A stretch of DNA of 64,000 bases from Candidatus Bathyarchaeia archaeon (GTDB lineage: Archaea > Thermoproteota > Bathyarchaeia > Bathyarchaeales > Bathycorpusculaceae), in the NCBI GenBank assembly GCA_050012255.1, contig JBEKHN010000006.1:45454-109453 (forward strand). Reading direction: 5' to 3'. The notes under the pieces were generated by a model that was not told where the DNA came from, did not search any database, and worked only from the letters and a program-made list of their open reading frames with translations. Below, piece after piece: positions 1 through 10,731 of the stretch. The position numbers and the translations under genes were made by a program. Position 1 is the first letter of the stretch. Each line of letters begins with the position of its first letter.

Positions 1-869
1 CTTGGAAGCTTTGTCCACAGGGGGTCTATTTGCCTGTCAATTATGAGCTGTATGCAAGGGTCTCTAACGAGATAATGGATATTCTGCGGAAATACGCTGA
101 CAAGTTTGAACAGTGGGGTATCGACGAAGCCTTCCTTGATGTGTCCTCAAGAGTGAGAGATTATGCGGAAGCGGGAGCTTTGGCACGGGAGATAAAGAGG
201 AAAATCTACGAGAACGAAGGGCTGACTTGCTCGATAGGGGTAAGCTCAAACAAGCTCGTCGCCAAAATAGTCAGCGAAGCCCAGAAGCCCGACGGTCTGA
301 CAATTGTCAGGGAGGAGGCTGTTGAAAAGTTTCTTGCTCCTCTTCCAGTTCGGAGGTTGCTGGGCGTCGGAAGGAAGACTGGGCAGATACTCGAAGAGAT
401 GGGCATAAAGACCATTGAAGACCTAGCTCATTTTGACCCTGCGGTCTTGGCTGAATCTTTCGGTGTCATGGGCACTCAGCTTTACCTTATGGCTCATGGG
501 ATTGATAGAAGTGAGGTTGAGGAAAGAAGTGAGGTCAAATCCATCGGGCGAGACGTGACTTTTCCGGAGGATACCGACGACTTCGGCTATGTTTTGAATA
601 CTTTGTACGGGCTTTCTGAGGAGGTGAGCAGGAACGTTTTGGACCAGCGGCTTTACTTTAAGACGGTAACGGTTAGGGTGCGTTACGAGAATTTTGAAAC
701 GCACACACATGGCAAGACCCTGCCTTTCATGACAGACCGTTTGCAGGATTTGAAGAAAGCCTCTGGGGAACTGATGCAATCTTATCTTAAACCTAGCAGG
801 AAAGTCAGGCTCGTCGGCGTCAGAGTGTCCAGTCTTGTTTCGGGTTTCAAGCAGAAGAAGCTGCTCTAG
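1..869 (+). CDS. dinB: DNA polymerase IV (Y-family), 5' part outside the window
   Basis: GIDEAFLD catalytic motif, CSIG..NK..AKI, KPDG, HhH GVGRKT, little-finger C-terminus (VRLVGVRVS). The N-terminal motifs are missing, so the gene starts upstream of the window. Confidence 0.93.
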   Translation, partial: WKLCPQGVYLPVNYELYARVSNEIMDILRKYADKFEQWGIDEAFLDVSSRVRDYAEAGALAREIKRKIYENEGLTCSIGVSSNKLVAKIVSEAQKPDGLTIVREEAVEKFLAPLPVRRLLGVGRKTGQILEEMGIKTIEDLAHFDPAVLAESFGVMGTQLYLMAHGIDRSEVEERSEVKSIGRDVTFPEDTDDFGYVLNTLYGLSEEVSRNVLDQRLYFKTVTVRVRYENFETHTHGKTLPFMTDRLQDLKKASGELMQSYLKPSRKVRLVGVRVSSLVSGFKQKKLL

Positions 870-1010
870 TCCGCTGTGGGCTGATGGGAACTATCTTTCA
901 TGTGGGAGCAGGATCTGGACTTTGCGATCTGGCCAACAATAGTTATTAATAAGACATTTGAGAAATTCTGTGCGTTCAGATTATAGAGCGAAGGCGAAAG
1001 GGTAAGGAAG

Positions 1011-2576
1011 ATGCCGGCTAAGTCGGGCGTGAAGGTTGTGCTGACTGCTTCAGCGACGGAGATGAGTGACTTTGCCGATAATCCCTTTGTTGCCTTCGCA
1101 GGTGGTTTTGCCAAGGGACCAGTGCCTTTGTGGTTTTTGAGGAGAGCATTGTACCCACCGGTCGAACGGAATGACGGTGACGGAAGGGCAAAGTATGCGC
1201 CCTACGGTTTAAGGAAGGTTGAAGCTCTGCTCTTGCAGAATGGTTTTGAAGAGTCAGAAGTGGCGGTCGTTCATCCGAGCAACCTTGACGAGTTCGTTGG
1301 GCCGAACACGAAGGTCGTAGGCATAACTTCCATGGACCCCACTGGAATGGCATACGTTAGCAAGACATATTCTTCAATAGTCGGCGGTGGAGAGCCGATG
1401 AACGCTATTGAATTCAAAAAGCTGATCAAGCACAGGAGTATCCGAAGATATAGGCCTAAGGTGATCGTTGGAGGCTTCGGGTCTTGGCAGCTGGAACGGA
1501 AGAGAGTGGCTGAAAGATACGGTGTGGACTGCGTGGTCATCGGTGAGGGGGAAACGGCTGTCACAAATGTTTTCAAGAAGGCCGTGAACGGTGAACCCGT
1601 TCCCCGCGTCGTTCGTGTCAGGAGCAGCGTTGAATGTGACAAAGTGCCGCTTATCAGGCATCCAGCGATCCACGGCTGCGTGGAAATCTCCAGAGGCTGC
1701 GGTAGAAATTGCCAGTTCTGCACTCCTACGATGCAGAAAAAGCGGGATGTGCCGCTGGAAAGGATACTGAAGGAAGTTGAAGTCACTACAAAGGGAGGAT
1801 CCCCTCGTATCACGCTGGTGACTGAGGACCTTTTCCTTTATGGTTCGAAGGATCCTGGTTTTGTACCAAACAGAGAGGCTGTTGTGAGGCTGGTTAGGAG
1901 CGTGGCGTCGGTTCCAGGGGTCAAGGCTGTGCAGCCGTCGCACAGTTCTTTGGCTCCCGTTGTTGCTGACCCTGCGATGGTCAAGGAAGTTGCTGACGTT
2001 CTGATTGAGCACAACTGGTATTATCACGGGAAAAAGAGGATTGTGACTTCTGAAGTGGGGTTGGAGACTGGCAGCGTTAGGCTCATGCGGAAGTACATGG
2101 CTGGGAAGATGCTTCCCTTCAAGCCTGAGCAGTGGAAGGAAGTCGTGGCTCAATCCTTTGGAATAATGAATGATAACGACTGGTACCCTCTTGCCACGCT
2201 GATAATTGGGCTCCCAGATGAACGTGAAGAAGATGTTTTGGAGACGCTTGGACTGATGGATGACCTGAGGGATTACAGCGCCTTCTATGTTCCTCTGTTC
2301 TTTGTTCCCCTAGAGAATTGTCTCCTGATGAACGGGCGTGGAGCGGAGCTTGATTCTCTCACGAAGGCGCGGTGGGAGCTTTTCGCGCGTTCCTGGGAAT
2401 ACAACGTCAGGATATGGGGAGACACTTTCTTGCAGCACAGGATTCCGAACCCGCTGCTCTTCAAGCTCGTGAAGAGGGTGGCGATCCCCTTCGGCGGCAA
2501 AGTTGCAGGATTATATTATGGAATGAAGCACGGCGAAGAAATGGAGAAGGCCATCTGGCGGATGGCAAACGCCTGA
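1011..2576 (+). CDS. B12-binding-domain radical SAM protein
   Basis: RGCGRNCQFC (CxxxCxxC), GLETGS, N-terminal APYGLRKVEA and VGGFG segments. Confidence 0.88.
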   Translation: MPAKSGVKVVLTASATEMSDFADNPFVAFAGGFAKGPVPLWFLRRALYPPVERNDGDGRAKYAPYGLRKVEALLLQNGFEESEVAVVHPSNLDEFVGPNTKVVGITSMDPTGMAYVSKTYSSIVGGGEPMNAIEFKKLIKHRSIRRYRPKVIVGGFGSWQLERKRVAERYGVDCVVIGEGETAVTNVFKKAVNGEPVPRVVRVRSSVECDKVPLIRHPAIHGCVEISRGCGRNCQFCTPTMQKKRDVPLERILKEVEVTTKGGSPRITLVTEDLFLYGSKDPGFVPNREAVVRLVRSVASVPGVKAVQPSHSSLAPVVADPAMVKEVADVLIEHNWYYHGKKRIVTSEVGLETGSVRLMRKYMAGKMLPFKPEQWKEVVAQSFGIMNDNDWYPLATLIIGLPDEREEDVLETLGLMDDLRDYSAFYVPLFFVPLENCLLMNGRGAELDSLTKARWELFARSWEYNVRIWGDTFLQHRIPNPLLFKLVKRVAIPFGGKVAGLYYGMKHGEEMEKAIWRMANA

Positions 2577-2586
2577 CTTTTGATCA

Positions 2587-2859
2587 CTATTTTGGTTTTT
2601 TCTTCTTTGCTCGTCGAATCTCGAACACGACGGGGTTCTCGCCGTCTGGGCACGCGTTGAAGATGACGTCTTTGTCTTCAGCCCAAGGAAAATCGGCGTC
2701 GTAACGCATCGCGTAGACTTTTGGAAGCAGAACCATCAAGGCGCTGTAGCAGATGTCTCCTTTGACGGTTCTCCCGTCGAAGACAATCTTATCGCCGACT
2801 CTGTGTCCGAAGTTGCACTTCCCTTTCTGACTCTTCACTGTCACTTCGACGACAGACAT
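2587..2859 (-). CDS. Small Cys-containing protein (TIGR04076-like)
   Basis: GKCNFGHRVGD...IC...ACPDGENPVVFEI pattern. Confidence 0.75.
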   Translation of the reverse strand: MSVVEVTVKSQKGKCNFGHRVGDKIVFDGRTVKGDICYSALMVLLPKVYAMRYDADFPWAEDKDVIFNACPDGENPVVFEIRRAKKKKPK

Positions 2860-2872
2860 GCTTGTTCACCCA

Positions 2873-3199
2873 TTATTCTCCAACTGCCTCTGGGTATTTC
2901 TCTCTTATCTCTTCGTCTGCTATCTTCGCGATCATCGCGCTAGAGATGAGCACGTGTTTGACCCCTCTGAGGGCAGCCAAGTCTGCGGGTTTCTGGTCCT
3001 GTGTGACCAGCAAGAGGTTGTTTCTTCTCGCGAACTCGACTATGTCCTTGTCTTTCGCTCCTTTCAGGCCAACATTCTGTGCGGTCACTGCTTCCCAGCC
3101 TAGGGTTTCAAAGTACTCTTTCAAGCCTGCGTACATTTCGTCGAGCAGAAGCTTCAATCCTGCCGCCTCTTCGGTCGGTCTTAGATGTGCAGTGTTCAC
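2873..3199 (-). CDS. PIN-like domain protein (DUF5615/Mut7-C type)
   Basis: LLLDEM...G.KD.DIVEFA...LLVTQD motif set. Confidence 0.75.
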   Translation of the reverse strand: MNTAHLRPTEEAAGLKLLLDEMYAGLKEYFETLGWEAVTAQNVGLKGAKDKDIVEFARRNNLLLVTQDQKPADLAALRGVKHVLISSAMIAKIADEEIREKYPEAVGE

Positions 3200-3271
3200 C
3201 TATTTAGACGCTTCCACAAGTCTTGGCTGACGCTACATCCCTGTATTCGCGTTTTGACCCCGTCTATTCCA

Positions 3272-3490
3272 CCCTCCCCCTCCCCCCTAGGGTACTAGTA
3301 CTGCACGTAGGCTTTCGTGAAGGCCCTAGTGGATTGGCGTGGGTCCGAGGCCAGGTGTGTGCGGAAGGCTTCGCAGAGGGTCTTGGCAAGGGTCGTAACT
3401 TTTCAATGCACTCCAACATCAAGCCGCTTACTGGTTTCAGCTGCCCCGCGCAGACCTTGCCGACACGCCTGTCCCTCCCCTCCAGGGTGC
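3272..3490 (+). ncRNA. Putative structured non-coding RNA or leader, family unknown
   Basis: Nested stems 3352-3360/3463-3471 and 3383-3394/3453-3463 plus hairpins 3310-3325 and 3361-3374. The mismatches are G-U compatible on the + strand. Confidence 0.35.
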
Positions 3491-3607
3491 CCGTTCTTAC
3501 TAGACTATATCGAAGAAACTGCCGCATCCGGCCTCTTCTGCTGTTTCGGCCGCTGGGAGAAAAGTCTTTAGGACGACAGGGGTTACGTAAGCTTGAGGTT
3601 GTAACGT

Positions 3608-4594
3608 TTGGTCTCTTTGAGGGCTTTGGCCCCTTCTTTGACGCGGATCACGGTGGCTGCTGCTGTCGGAGCGGCTTTGCACATCGGCCAAGGGAATGCC
3701 GATTTGGTGGATGCGAAGGCTGTCGAGTTTTCGAGAGCTGTGCTGGCTCAGACGGATGTTGAAGGAGAAGTGATTGCTTGTGAAGGGCCTAAGGACAATG
3801 CGCCTGCGTTCCTGCGCAGAGAACTTGTGGGAACCGGGAAGGGCCCGAAGGTTCAGTTCGTCATCGACCCAGTTGACGGCACAACAGCTGCCTCAAAGGG
3901 CAGAAAAGACGCGATCTCGGCTCTCGCGTGTGCACCAGCAGGATGCTTCCAAGTGCTTCCAGACGACGGATACTACTTCAAGGTGGCAACGGATCACCGT
4001 TCAATCGGAAAAATCTCGTTAGAAATGTCGGTGGACGACATTGTGCGCACGGTTGCCCGCGAAAAGGGCTTGCCCCTTGAGAACTTCACCGTCATAATGT
4101 TGGAACGCGACAGGCACACGGGGATTCTGCAAAGTCTGAGAAAGCTGGGCGTAAGGATAATTCTCATTCCCGACGGTGACATCGCAGGAGCGGTTGTCAC
4201 GTGCCGACCAGGCTCAGGCATTGACCTTCTCGTCGGTGCAGGCGCAGGTCCAGAAGCGACCATTGCTGCAACAGCGATCAAGTGTCTGGGAGGCACGATG
4301 CTCGTCAAGGTTTGGAGAGACGAGAAAGATGATCAGAAACGGCTGGAAAGGTTGGCTACCGAAGGAGTAGACGTGGACAAGACTTATAGCGAAGACGAGC
4401 TTGCCAAGGGCAACGAACTTGTCTTTGCAGCCTCAGGCGTGACGAAGGGCGAACTCTTAGACGGCGTGCGTTTCATCCCAGAAGGCGCCGTGGTGAACTC
4501 CCTTTGCATGCGATTACCCAGCGGAACAGTGGAAAAGTCTGAAACGACTTTGCGCTTCAAAGGACACCCCGTGTACAAGAAGTTCCTACCATGA
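3608..4594 (+). CDS. glpX: Fructose-1,6-bisphosphatase class II
   Basis: EG.KDNAP, IDPVDGT, RDRH, DGDI, G.GPEATIAA, ASGVTKGELLDGV motifs. Confidence 0.9.
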   Translation: MVSLRALAPSLTRITVAAAVGAALHIGQGNADLVDAKAVEFSRAVLAQTDVEGEVIACEGPKDNAPAFLRRELVGTGKGPKVQFVIDPVDGTTAASKGRKDAISALACAPAGCFQVLPDDGYYFKVATDHRSIGKISLEMSVDDIVRTVAREKGLPLENFTVIMLERDRHTGILQSLRKLGVRIILIPDGDIAGAVVTCRPGSGIDLLVGAGAGPEATIAATAIKCLGGTMLVKVWRDEKDDQKRLERLATEGVDVDKTYSEDELAKGNELVFAASGVTKGELLDGVRFIPEGAVVNSLCMRLPSGTVEKSETTLRFKGHPVYKKFLP

Positions 4595-4682
4595 TCCTGT
4601 GGCGAAAGAGTTTGAAAGTGGAAATGCTGGGAAAGTGTACGCGGTTCGAAGCCCAATCTGGCTTTGATGAGGAGTTGGGAAA

Positions 4683-4832
4683 GTGACTGGAAAGACGACC
4701 ACTTTGCCTTGCGGATGCAAGTATCAAGACGACGGATACATGGTTGTTCGTGTCCATGAATGCGCTTACCACATGCAGAGACGAACAAGAAAGCGACCGT
4801 ACCGGCCTAAGGCTGAGTGCGTAAGGCCCTAA
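4683..4832 (+). CDS. Putative 49-aa Cys/His microprotein (below the ORF-track cutoff)
   Basis: GTG start after GAGGAG; MTGKTTTLPCGCKYQDDGYMVVRVHECAYHMQRRTRKRPYRPKAECVRP. Confidence 0.45.
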   Translation: MTGKTTTLPCGCKYQDDGYMVVRVHECAYHMQRRTRKRPYRPKAECVRP

Positions 4833-5012
4833 ACGCTCGCCAAAACAAGTCTTTACCCAAACTGGTGAAGCCAAATCTATGGCAAATCTGATTTCAGTGT
4901 CGAGCGCGCCGATAGCTGGCTATGGCAACAAAGTCTTGGATAAAATCAGAAGAAAGTGGAAGTTATTGTTGCAAGCGGTTGATTTCCAAGCTTTACGGAG
5001 TGCCTGAACGAG

Positions 5013-5669
5013 ATGGTTAACAGTAGGATGATTGTGTTTGCTCCCCACCCAGACGATGAAACGTTGGCCTGCGGCGGAACCATGCTTAGAAAAATCCAAG
5101 AAGGGTTTGATGTCCACGTCGTTGTCATGACGGATGGGCGCCATTCTCATGATGTCACGCTTGGCCTCGCGGAGCCTTCGCCTGAAACAATAGCGGAAAT
5201 ACGTGCGACAGAGTTTAGCGAAGCCACCCGTGTCTTGGGAGTCAATCTTAGTAATCTGCTTCTCCTGGGGTTTGAGGATGGCAAGCTAAGGGAGCAAATG
5301 AGTGAAGCAAGAGAAAGGACTGTTCGGATTCTTCGCGAGGTGCGTCCAGTCGAGATATACGTGCCTTACAGAGACGACGCCAATGAAGATCACCGGACAA
5401 CTTACGAAATCGTTGCTGGCAGTGTCAGGGAAGCTGATCTGCTCCCTAAAATGTACGAATACTCCGTATGGAATGGAAAGATCCCTCGCCCAGGATTGAA
5501 AGTGTTTGTGATGGATATTCACGGGGAATTGGGAAGAAAAATGGAAGCCATCTCCAAATACAAGAGTCAGATCTCAACGTGTTTTCCAAAGCAGGAAAAA
5601 GCAGTCCTAAGCGAAGAGTTCGTAAACATGTTCCGTTCTGAAAGTGAAGTATTCTACACAAAACAATAA
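5013..5669 (+). CDS. PIG-L family deacetylase
   Basis: APHPDDE, TDG, DH, KYKSQ motifs. Confidence 0.9.
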   Translation: MVNSRMIVFAPHPDDETLACGGTMLRKIQEGFDVHVVVMTDGRHSHDVTLGLAEPSPETIAEIRATEFSEATRVLGVNLSNLLLLGFEDGKLREQMSEARERTVRILREVRPVEIYVPYRDDANEDHRTTYEIVAGSVREADLLPKMYEYSVWNGKIPRPGLKVFVMDIHGELGRKMEAISKYKSQISTCFPKQEKAVLSEEFVNMFRSESEVFYTKQ

Positions 5670-5902
5670 CCAAGACCCATAACGTGCTTGTCTTGCACGC
5701 GCGCTGTTCTGGAGCTTCCTTCGTTGCTTATTCCGCCCCCGTCTATGATAGTGACGTTGTTGGCAGTGGTGGTCCGCAGAAGAAAACGCATGTTCTAGTA
5801 CCCTCTGCATAAGAGAAACTTGAAGCACCAGACTCCTGACATAGAAAGTGCCTCTGCATGACTTTGGCACAGAATGTCTTAAGAATGATCCCCCTGCTTG
5901 AT

Positions 5903-6541
5903 ATGTGCATGACAAAGCTGTATTTTCTCGGCGGGGAAGATGTGGCAGAAAGAGACTCTAGAGAAATCAATGAAAAAGCGTTTATGGAAGCTGGTGGGAC
6001 ACCTGTTGTTCTGATTTTCAATTGGACAGCAGAATCGGCTGACAAAATGGGAAAATACGGGAAGATAATGGTTGATTACTTTGAAGACATTGGTGCAAGC
6101 GCTGTCGAATTTGCAGAACGTTCAGATTCGTCGGAAGAAATTGCTCAGAAGGCTAAGCGTTCAGATTTGATATACCTGCCCGGCGGAGTCACGAGAATTC
6201 TGCTTGAACGTATACTAGATGCAAAAGTCGACAGCTTGTTGCGAGAATACGACAAAATCATCGTTGGAAACAGTGCAGGTGCCCTAGCGCTTGGCAGAGA
6301 CTGCATACTCACCAGAGGTAAACTCAACAAGAGAACCGTGATAATTCCAGGCCTCGGTCTGGTGGACTTCAGTGTTAAAGTTCACTACAAAGCTTCAAGG
6401 GACCGCGAATTGAAACAGCTTTCATACGCAAGAACAATATACGCCATCCCCGAGCGCTGTGCACTCATTTATGACGGCGGCTCTGTATCCGGCATTGGGG
6501 ACATCTACCTGTTTCAAAACGGAGAGAAGACCAAGCAGTGA
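5903..6541 (+). CDS. Peptidase S51 (peptidase E / GATase-like)
   Basis: IYLPGG, GNSAGA nucleophile elbow, GLGL..VHY. Start moved to ATG 5903 (or 5909). Confidence 0.85.
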   Translation: MCMTKLYFLGGEDVAERDSREINEKAFMEAGGTPVVLIFNWTAESADKMGKYGKIMVDYFEDIGASAVEFAERSDSSEEIAQKAKRSDLIYLPGGVTRILLERILDAKVDSLLREYDKIIVGNSAGALALGRDCILTRGKLNKRTVIIPGLGLVDFSVKVHYKASRDRELKQLSYARTIYAIPERCALIYDGGSVSGIGDIYLFQNGEKTKQ

Positions 6542-6672
6542 ATGGAAACATTTGCTCAGAGTCTAAGCTTCTCTGAACTTGTTGAAGCCTATTATTTCTT
6601 TGATGGTCTTCCTTTTTCTGGTCGTCAGGCAACGGCGAAAATCCTCCTTCTTGCTGCTGGATGCAGTACCGC

Positions 6673-7755
6673 TCAGAGCAAAAACTTGCTTACCAACAAC
6701 ACGATAGAGATTATGCTGTAAGTCTGTGTGATCATCATTATCCACTGAGGATTGTGTGCAGACAGACGCACGATGTTTGCCTCAGTGCTACTGCTCTTCG
6801 ATACCATGAATTCTTTGGAAAGCGAGTAGAGCTTCCTGAACTCTGTCAACACAACAGATCCGGCAACTGGTATAGCAACTAAGAGAACAGCCAAGAATAA
6901 GTGTTGAGCGTAAGCGAATTGCAGAAGGAATGCAAGCGCAGTGAGCGCTGCTCCTGCAGTTAGAAGTGCCATGGCGATCAGTGATGCTTTAACGAGACCC
7001 ACGTGCACCGTCAATGTTTCGATGCCCATTGCTTTGTCTCCGAAGTAGTCTCGGATTTCAGTCGGTACGATCACGCCGTACACTGTCAGAGCGAGCCCTG
7101 TGAGCGACATGAGAAAGAAGGGGTTCATTTCCGTTGTGAAGGTGTAGTAGGCGAATAGCACCGGGAAAAAGGCGAGTACGAGAATTAACGAGATCGGAGC
7201 TAGCCAATTTCTGGATTTCAGTCTTATTGGCGGAAGAGAGTAGGCACAGCCCAGACAGATTCCGACTATCCACAGAAGTAGCAAAACAGGCTTCTGCAGA
7301 ATCAGCATGAACAGAAAGACCAGAATCAGCGTAAGAGCAAATTCGATGATAAGCGCCTTTTTCAGTCTGTCTGCTCCAAAAAAATTCATTGCTTCCACAA
7401 GCTGTTTCTTGCGCTCATCCTTTGAATCTAATTCACGGTCCGAGAGAGTGTTGGCTTGTGCACCAATAGCAGAGCTTAGATTGATTATTGCAAAGGACAA
7501 AACTATCATAACCACCAAGCCACTAACACTTGTAGACAGTGTTGCTCCCCAAGCAAGTCCCATAATGAGCGAACCCAAATTCGGCAGCAGAAACTCTGCT
7601 CTGGAAACAGTACCGAACAATCGTACGGTTTCGAACATGGCATTGCCAAGAGGGCTATAAGATCTAGGAGAATAAAAAGCGCATGCTAAAAGTAACACTA
7701 TTTGTAATGGTAAAAGGTAATTAGGTGAACCTTCTGGCCGAACTCGCGTACGCAT
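6673..7755 (-). CDS. UbiA family prenyltransferase
   Basis: NTLSDRELD, YSLPPIRLK, RDYFGD motifs and multiple TM helices. The true start is probably nearer 7638. Confidence 0.87.
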   Translation of the reverse strand: MRTRVRPEGSPNYLLPLQIVLLLACAFYSPRSYSPLGNAMFETVRLFGTVSRAEFLLPNLGSLIMGLAWGATLSTSVSGLVVMIVLSFAIINLSSAIGAQANTLSDRELDSKDERKKQLVEAMNFFGADRLKKALIIEFALTLILVFLFMLILQKPVLLLLWIVGICLGCAYSLPPIRLKSRNWLAPISLILVLAFFPVLFAYYTFTTEMNPFFLMSLTGLALTVYGVIVPTEIRDYFGDKAMGIETLTVHVGLVKASLIAMALLTAGAALTALAFLLQFAYAQHLFLAVLLVAIPVAGSVVLTEFRKLYSLSKEFMVSKSSSTEANIVRLSAHNPQWIMMITQTYSIISIVLLVSKFLL

Positions 7756-7855
7756 TAGGTTCGAAATTTCGAAGTTTTGTGGAAGGCAGAGTTTCTTGAG
7801 AAGTGAATGCGAAATCGTTAAAACCCCGTGTTACAAATTCAACTGAGGGGTTCTT

Positions 7856-9088
7856 ATGATTAACAATCGAAGGTACCTGTTCACTTCGGAGTCTGTGGCA
7901 GAAGGTCATCCAGACAAGGTCGCCGACCAGATATCAGATGCTGTCCTTGATGCTGTCTTAAGCAAGGATCCTAAAGCAAGAGTTGACTGTGAAACACTGG
8001 TGATGCAAGGAAACGTGATAGTCACTGGTCAGATCACGACGTCTTGCTACGTGGACATTCCCTGCATTACTAGAAAAACTCTGAAGGAAATAGGCTTGGA
8101 TAACGCCAAAGATGGAATGGACTGGGAGACCTGTGGCGTGTTGGTTTCGATAACCGAGCAGTCCCCAGATATTGCCATGGGAGTCAACGAGTCCGAGGCT
8201 CATGAACAGGGAGCTGGAGACCAAGGAATGGTGTTCGGCTATGCCACAAACGAGACGAAGGAATTGATGCCTTTGCCGATCATGTTTGCGCACAACCTTG
8301 TGAGACGACTTTCCGAGTGCAGAAAGAACAGAATTTTGCCATACCTGAGGCCAGATGGCAAGTCACAAGTCACGGTTGAGTATGCTGGTGGAAAACCAAA
8401 AAGAGTGGAGGCCGTTGTGATAGCTGCTCAACACGTTGAGAGCGTTAACAGAGAGAAGATGAAGGAAGACGTGATAAATCAAGTCATAAGAAAGGTCATA
8501 CCTTCCGGCATGTTGGACAAGGAAACAAAATACTACGTTAATGAGACTGGAAGGTTCGTTGTCGGAGGAACTCTAGCAGATTCAGGTTTAACCGGAAGAA
8601 AAATAATAGTCGACACCTACGGAGGCGTCGGCAGCCACGGTGGAGGATGCTTTTCAGGAAAAGACCCATCAAAAGTCGATAGATCTGGCTGTTACATGGC
8701 AAGGTACATTGCAAAAAACGTCGTAGCAGCAGGTCTGGCAGACCAGTGCGAGGTCCAGATATCTTATGCAATTGGCCTCGCACAGCCAGTTTCTGTGATG
8801 GTAAACACGTTTGGCACAGGAAAGATACCTGACGAAAGAATTCTCGAATTAGTGCGAACACATTTCGACTTAAGACCCAAAGCAATAATAAATCATCTGA
8901 ATTTGCTCAGACCAATATACAGAAAAACGGCTGTGTTTGGGCACTTTGGCAGAGACGACCCAGACTTCACATGGGAAAAAACCGACAAAGCAGAGATTCT
9001 CAAGAAGCACGCCAGATTACCACGACCAGCTCAGAACTGTAGTAAGAGACAGGAACCAAGGCGTGGTTTTCATGAATCTTCAGGATAG
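7856..9088 (+). CDS. metK: S-adenosylmethionine synthetase, bacterial/eukaryotic type
   Basis: [43 protein letters not shown]. Confidence 0.97.
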   Translation: MINNRRYLFTSESVAEGHPDKVADQISDAVLDAVLSKDPKARVDCETLVMQGNVIVTGQITTSCYVDIPCITRKTLKEIGLDNAKDGMDWETCGVLVSITEQSPDIAMGVNESEAHEQGAGDQGMVFGYATNETKELMPLPIMFAHNLVRRLSECRKNRILPYLRPDGKSQVTVEYAGGKPKRVEAVVIAAQHVESVNREKMKEDVINQVIRKVIPSGMLDKETKYYVNETGRFVVGGTLADSGLTGRKIIVDTYGGVGSHGGGCFSGKDPSKVDRSGCYMARYIAKNVVAAGLADQCEVQISYAIGLAQPVSVMVNTFGTGKIPDERILELVRTHFDLRPKAIINHLNLLRPIYRKTAVFGHFGRDDPDFTWEKTDKAEILKKHARLPRPAQNCSKRQEPRRGFHESSG

Positions 9089-9809
9089 GCTCGTAATTGT
9101 CACTGGTGCTTCTTCAGGGATAGGTCTGGCGACAGCTAGACTTCTCGCTAAACAGGGCGCGAAACTGGCTCTCGTCTCCCGTTCAAAAGGGGAGTTGGAG
9201 CAGCTCTCAGATGATCTTCCAGGCTCGTTAGCGGTTCCCGCCGACATGACGAGAATCTATGATATCGAGAGCATGATTAGACGGACGATGGAGCACTTCG
9301 GGAGAATCGACGTTCTAATGAACTGTGCAGGTCAGGGATATGACGCTCCAGTTGAGAAGACTAACATTGACACTTTCCATCACATCTTCGACTTGGACGT
9401 GGTGGGCCCGGTTGTCGCGATGGAGCTGGTGATTCCTATCATGAGGAACCAGGGCGGAGGAACGATTGTCAACGTTAGCTCTGGCACTGCCCTGATGTAT
9501 TTGCCGTACAACGGTGCATATTCGGCCTTAAAACGCGCGCTTGCTAATATCAGTTTGACTGCAAGGGAGGAGTTGAAGAAGGACAACATTGTTGTCAGTG
9601 TCGTGTACCCGTACATGACGCTCACGAATTTCGAGAAGAACACGATTAAAGATGCTGTTCCCGAGGGAGGGGAGCAGGATGGTGGCCCTCCTTTTCCAGC
9701 TGACACGGCAGAGTATGTGGCTCAGAAGATACTGGAAGGAATAGAAAGCGGAGAAGCAGAAATCTTCGCCCACGATTGGATGAAGAAAAGAGCCGACGCA
9801 AACCCCTAA
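9072..9809 (+). CDS. SDR family oxidoreductase
   Basis: [13 protein letters not shown] (YxxxK). Start taken at ATG 9072. Confidence 0.92.
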   Translation: MNLQDRLVIVTGASSGIGLATARLLAKQGAKLALVSRSKGELEQLSDDLPGSLAVPADMTRIYDIESMIRRTMEHFGRIDVLMNCAGQGYDAPVEKTNIDTFHHIFDLDVVGPVVAMELVIPIMRNQGGGTIVNVSSGTALMYLPYNGAYSALKRALANISLTAREELKKDNIVVSVVYPYMTLTNFEKNTIKDAVPEGGEQDGGPPFPADTAEYVAQKILEGIESGEAEIFAHDWMKKRADANP

Positions 9810-9972
9810 CCTCGCTACTTCGACGCTTTTAGATATTCTGAGAAACCCCTGCTAGTGGATCAATTTGAACAAGCGTTAATCAGTAAGATGCTGCAGCTTC
9901 AGCGCAGGCTAGACTTATATGCGAAAATTCATCTAGAGGAAAATCACAGGCGCAAGTGGTTCAAGTTGGGAG

Positions 9973-10701
9973 ATGATGGTTATGGCTGATGTCTTGAAAA
10001 TCATTCAGCAGAGACGGTCAATCAGGGTTCCTTTTAATCCGAATCGTCCAGTTTCCAAGGAGAACCTGAGGCAGATCCTCGAGGCGACGCGTTGGGCGCC
10101 GACGGCTCACAACATGCAGAACTTCGAAATTCTTGTCGTTGATGACAAGGAGGTTCTGGAGGAGATTGGAAAAATCAAATCCCGTGTGTCGGAAGCGTTC
10201 ATCCGTGAGAACTACCAGCAGCTGTCATTCTCGGAAGAGGAGTTGCTTCAGAAGAAGGTCGGAATCCTCGGCACCAATTTTCCGCCGGATTGGAGGGATC
10301 CTGACAAGCTGGACAAGGCTGTTCGTGAGAGCACGCCTTCGCCCCTGAACCAACGCATCAGAGGTAGTCCGCTGCTGCTGATAGTGATTTATGATTCTAG
10401 GAAGAAAGCGCCTGCTTCCGAGGGGGATGTTTTGGGTTTCATTAGCCTGGGCTGTGTGATGGAGAACATGTGGCTTATGGCCCAGTCGCTTGGGATAAGC
10501 GTTCACATATTGAGTGTGTTCAGCGGAGATGCCGTGGAAAAAGAGGTGAAGCGAATTCTCAACATCCCTGAAAACATGAAGGTTGCTTTTGCCATCCGTC
10601 TGGGATACCCCGTCTCCAGGCCGGCTAAACACCTGAGAGTGCGCCGTGACATGGAAATGCTCACGCATCATAATGGGTTTGGGAACAAGGGCTTCAGTTG
10701 A
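9973..10701 (+). CDS. Nitroreductase family protein
   Basis: RRSIR, APTAHNMQ, ENMWLMA..LG, LGYP. Confidence 0.9.
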   Translation: MMVMADVLKIIQQRRSIRVPFNPNRPVSKENLRQILEATRWAPTAHNMQNFEILVVDDKEVLEEIGKIKSRVSEAFIRENYQQLSFSEEELLQKKVGILGTNFPPDWRDPDKLDKAVRESTPSPLNQRIRGSPLLLIVIYDSRKKAPASEGDVLGFISLGCVMENMWLMAQSLGISVHILSVFSGDAVEKEVKRILNIPENMKVAFAIRLGYPVSRPAKHLRVRRDMEMLTHHNGFGNKGFS

Positions 10702-10731
10702 GAAAACCTTGTCTTGTTTTCGCGCGCGCTG

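Noticed and set aside
3272-3490. RNase P RNA, SRP RNA or ORB-containing origin
   Set aside because: No GAGGAAAGUCC-type P4 strand, no proper SRP helix 8 motif, no ORB consensus and no adjacent cdc6.
3223-3762. ORFs of 179, 87 and 84 aa over the GC-rich intergenic region
   Set aside because: Low-complexity Arg/Pro/Gly-rich translations with no motifs; a structured non-coding element explains the region better.
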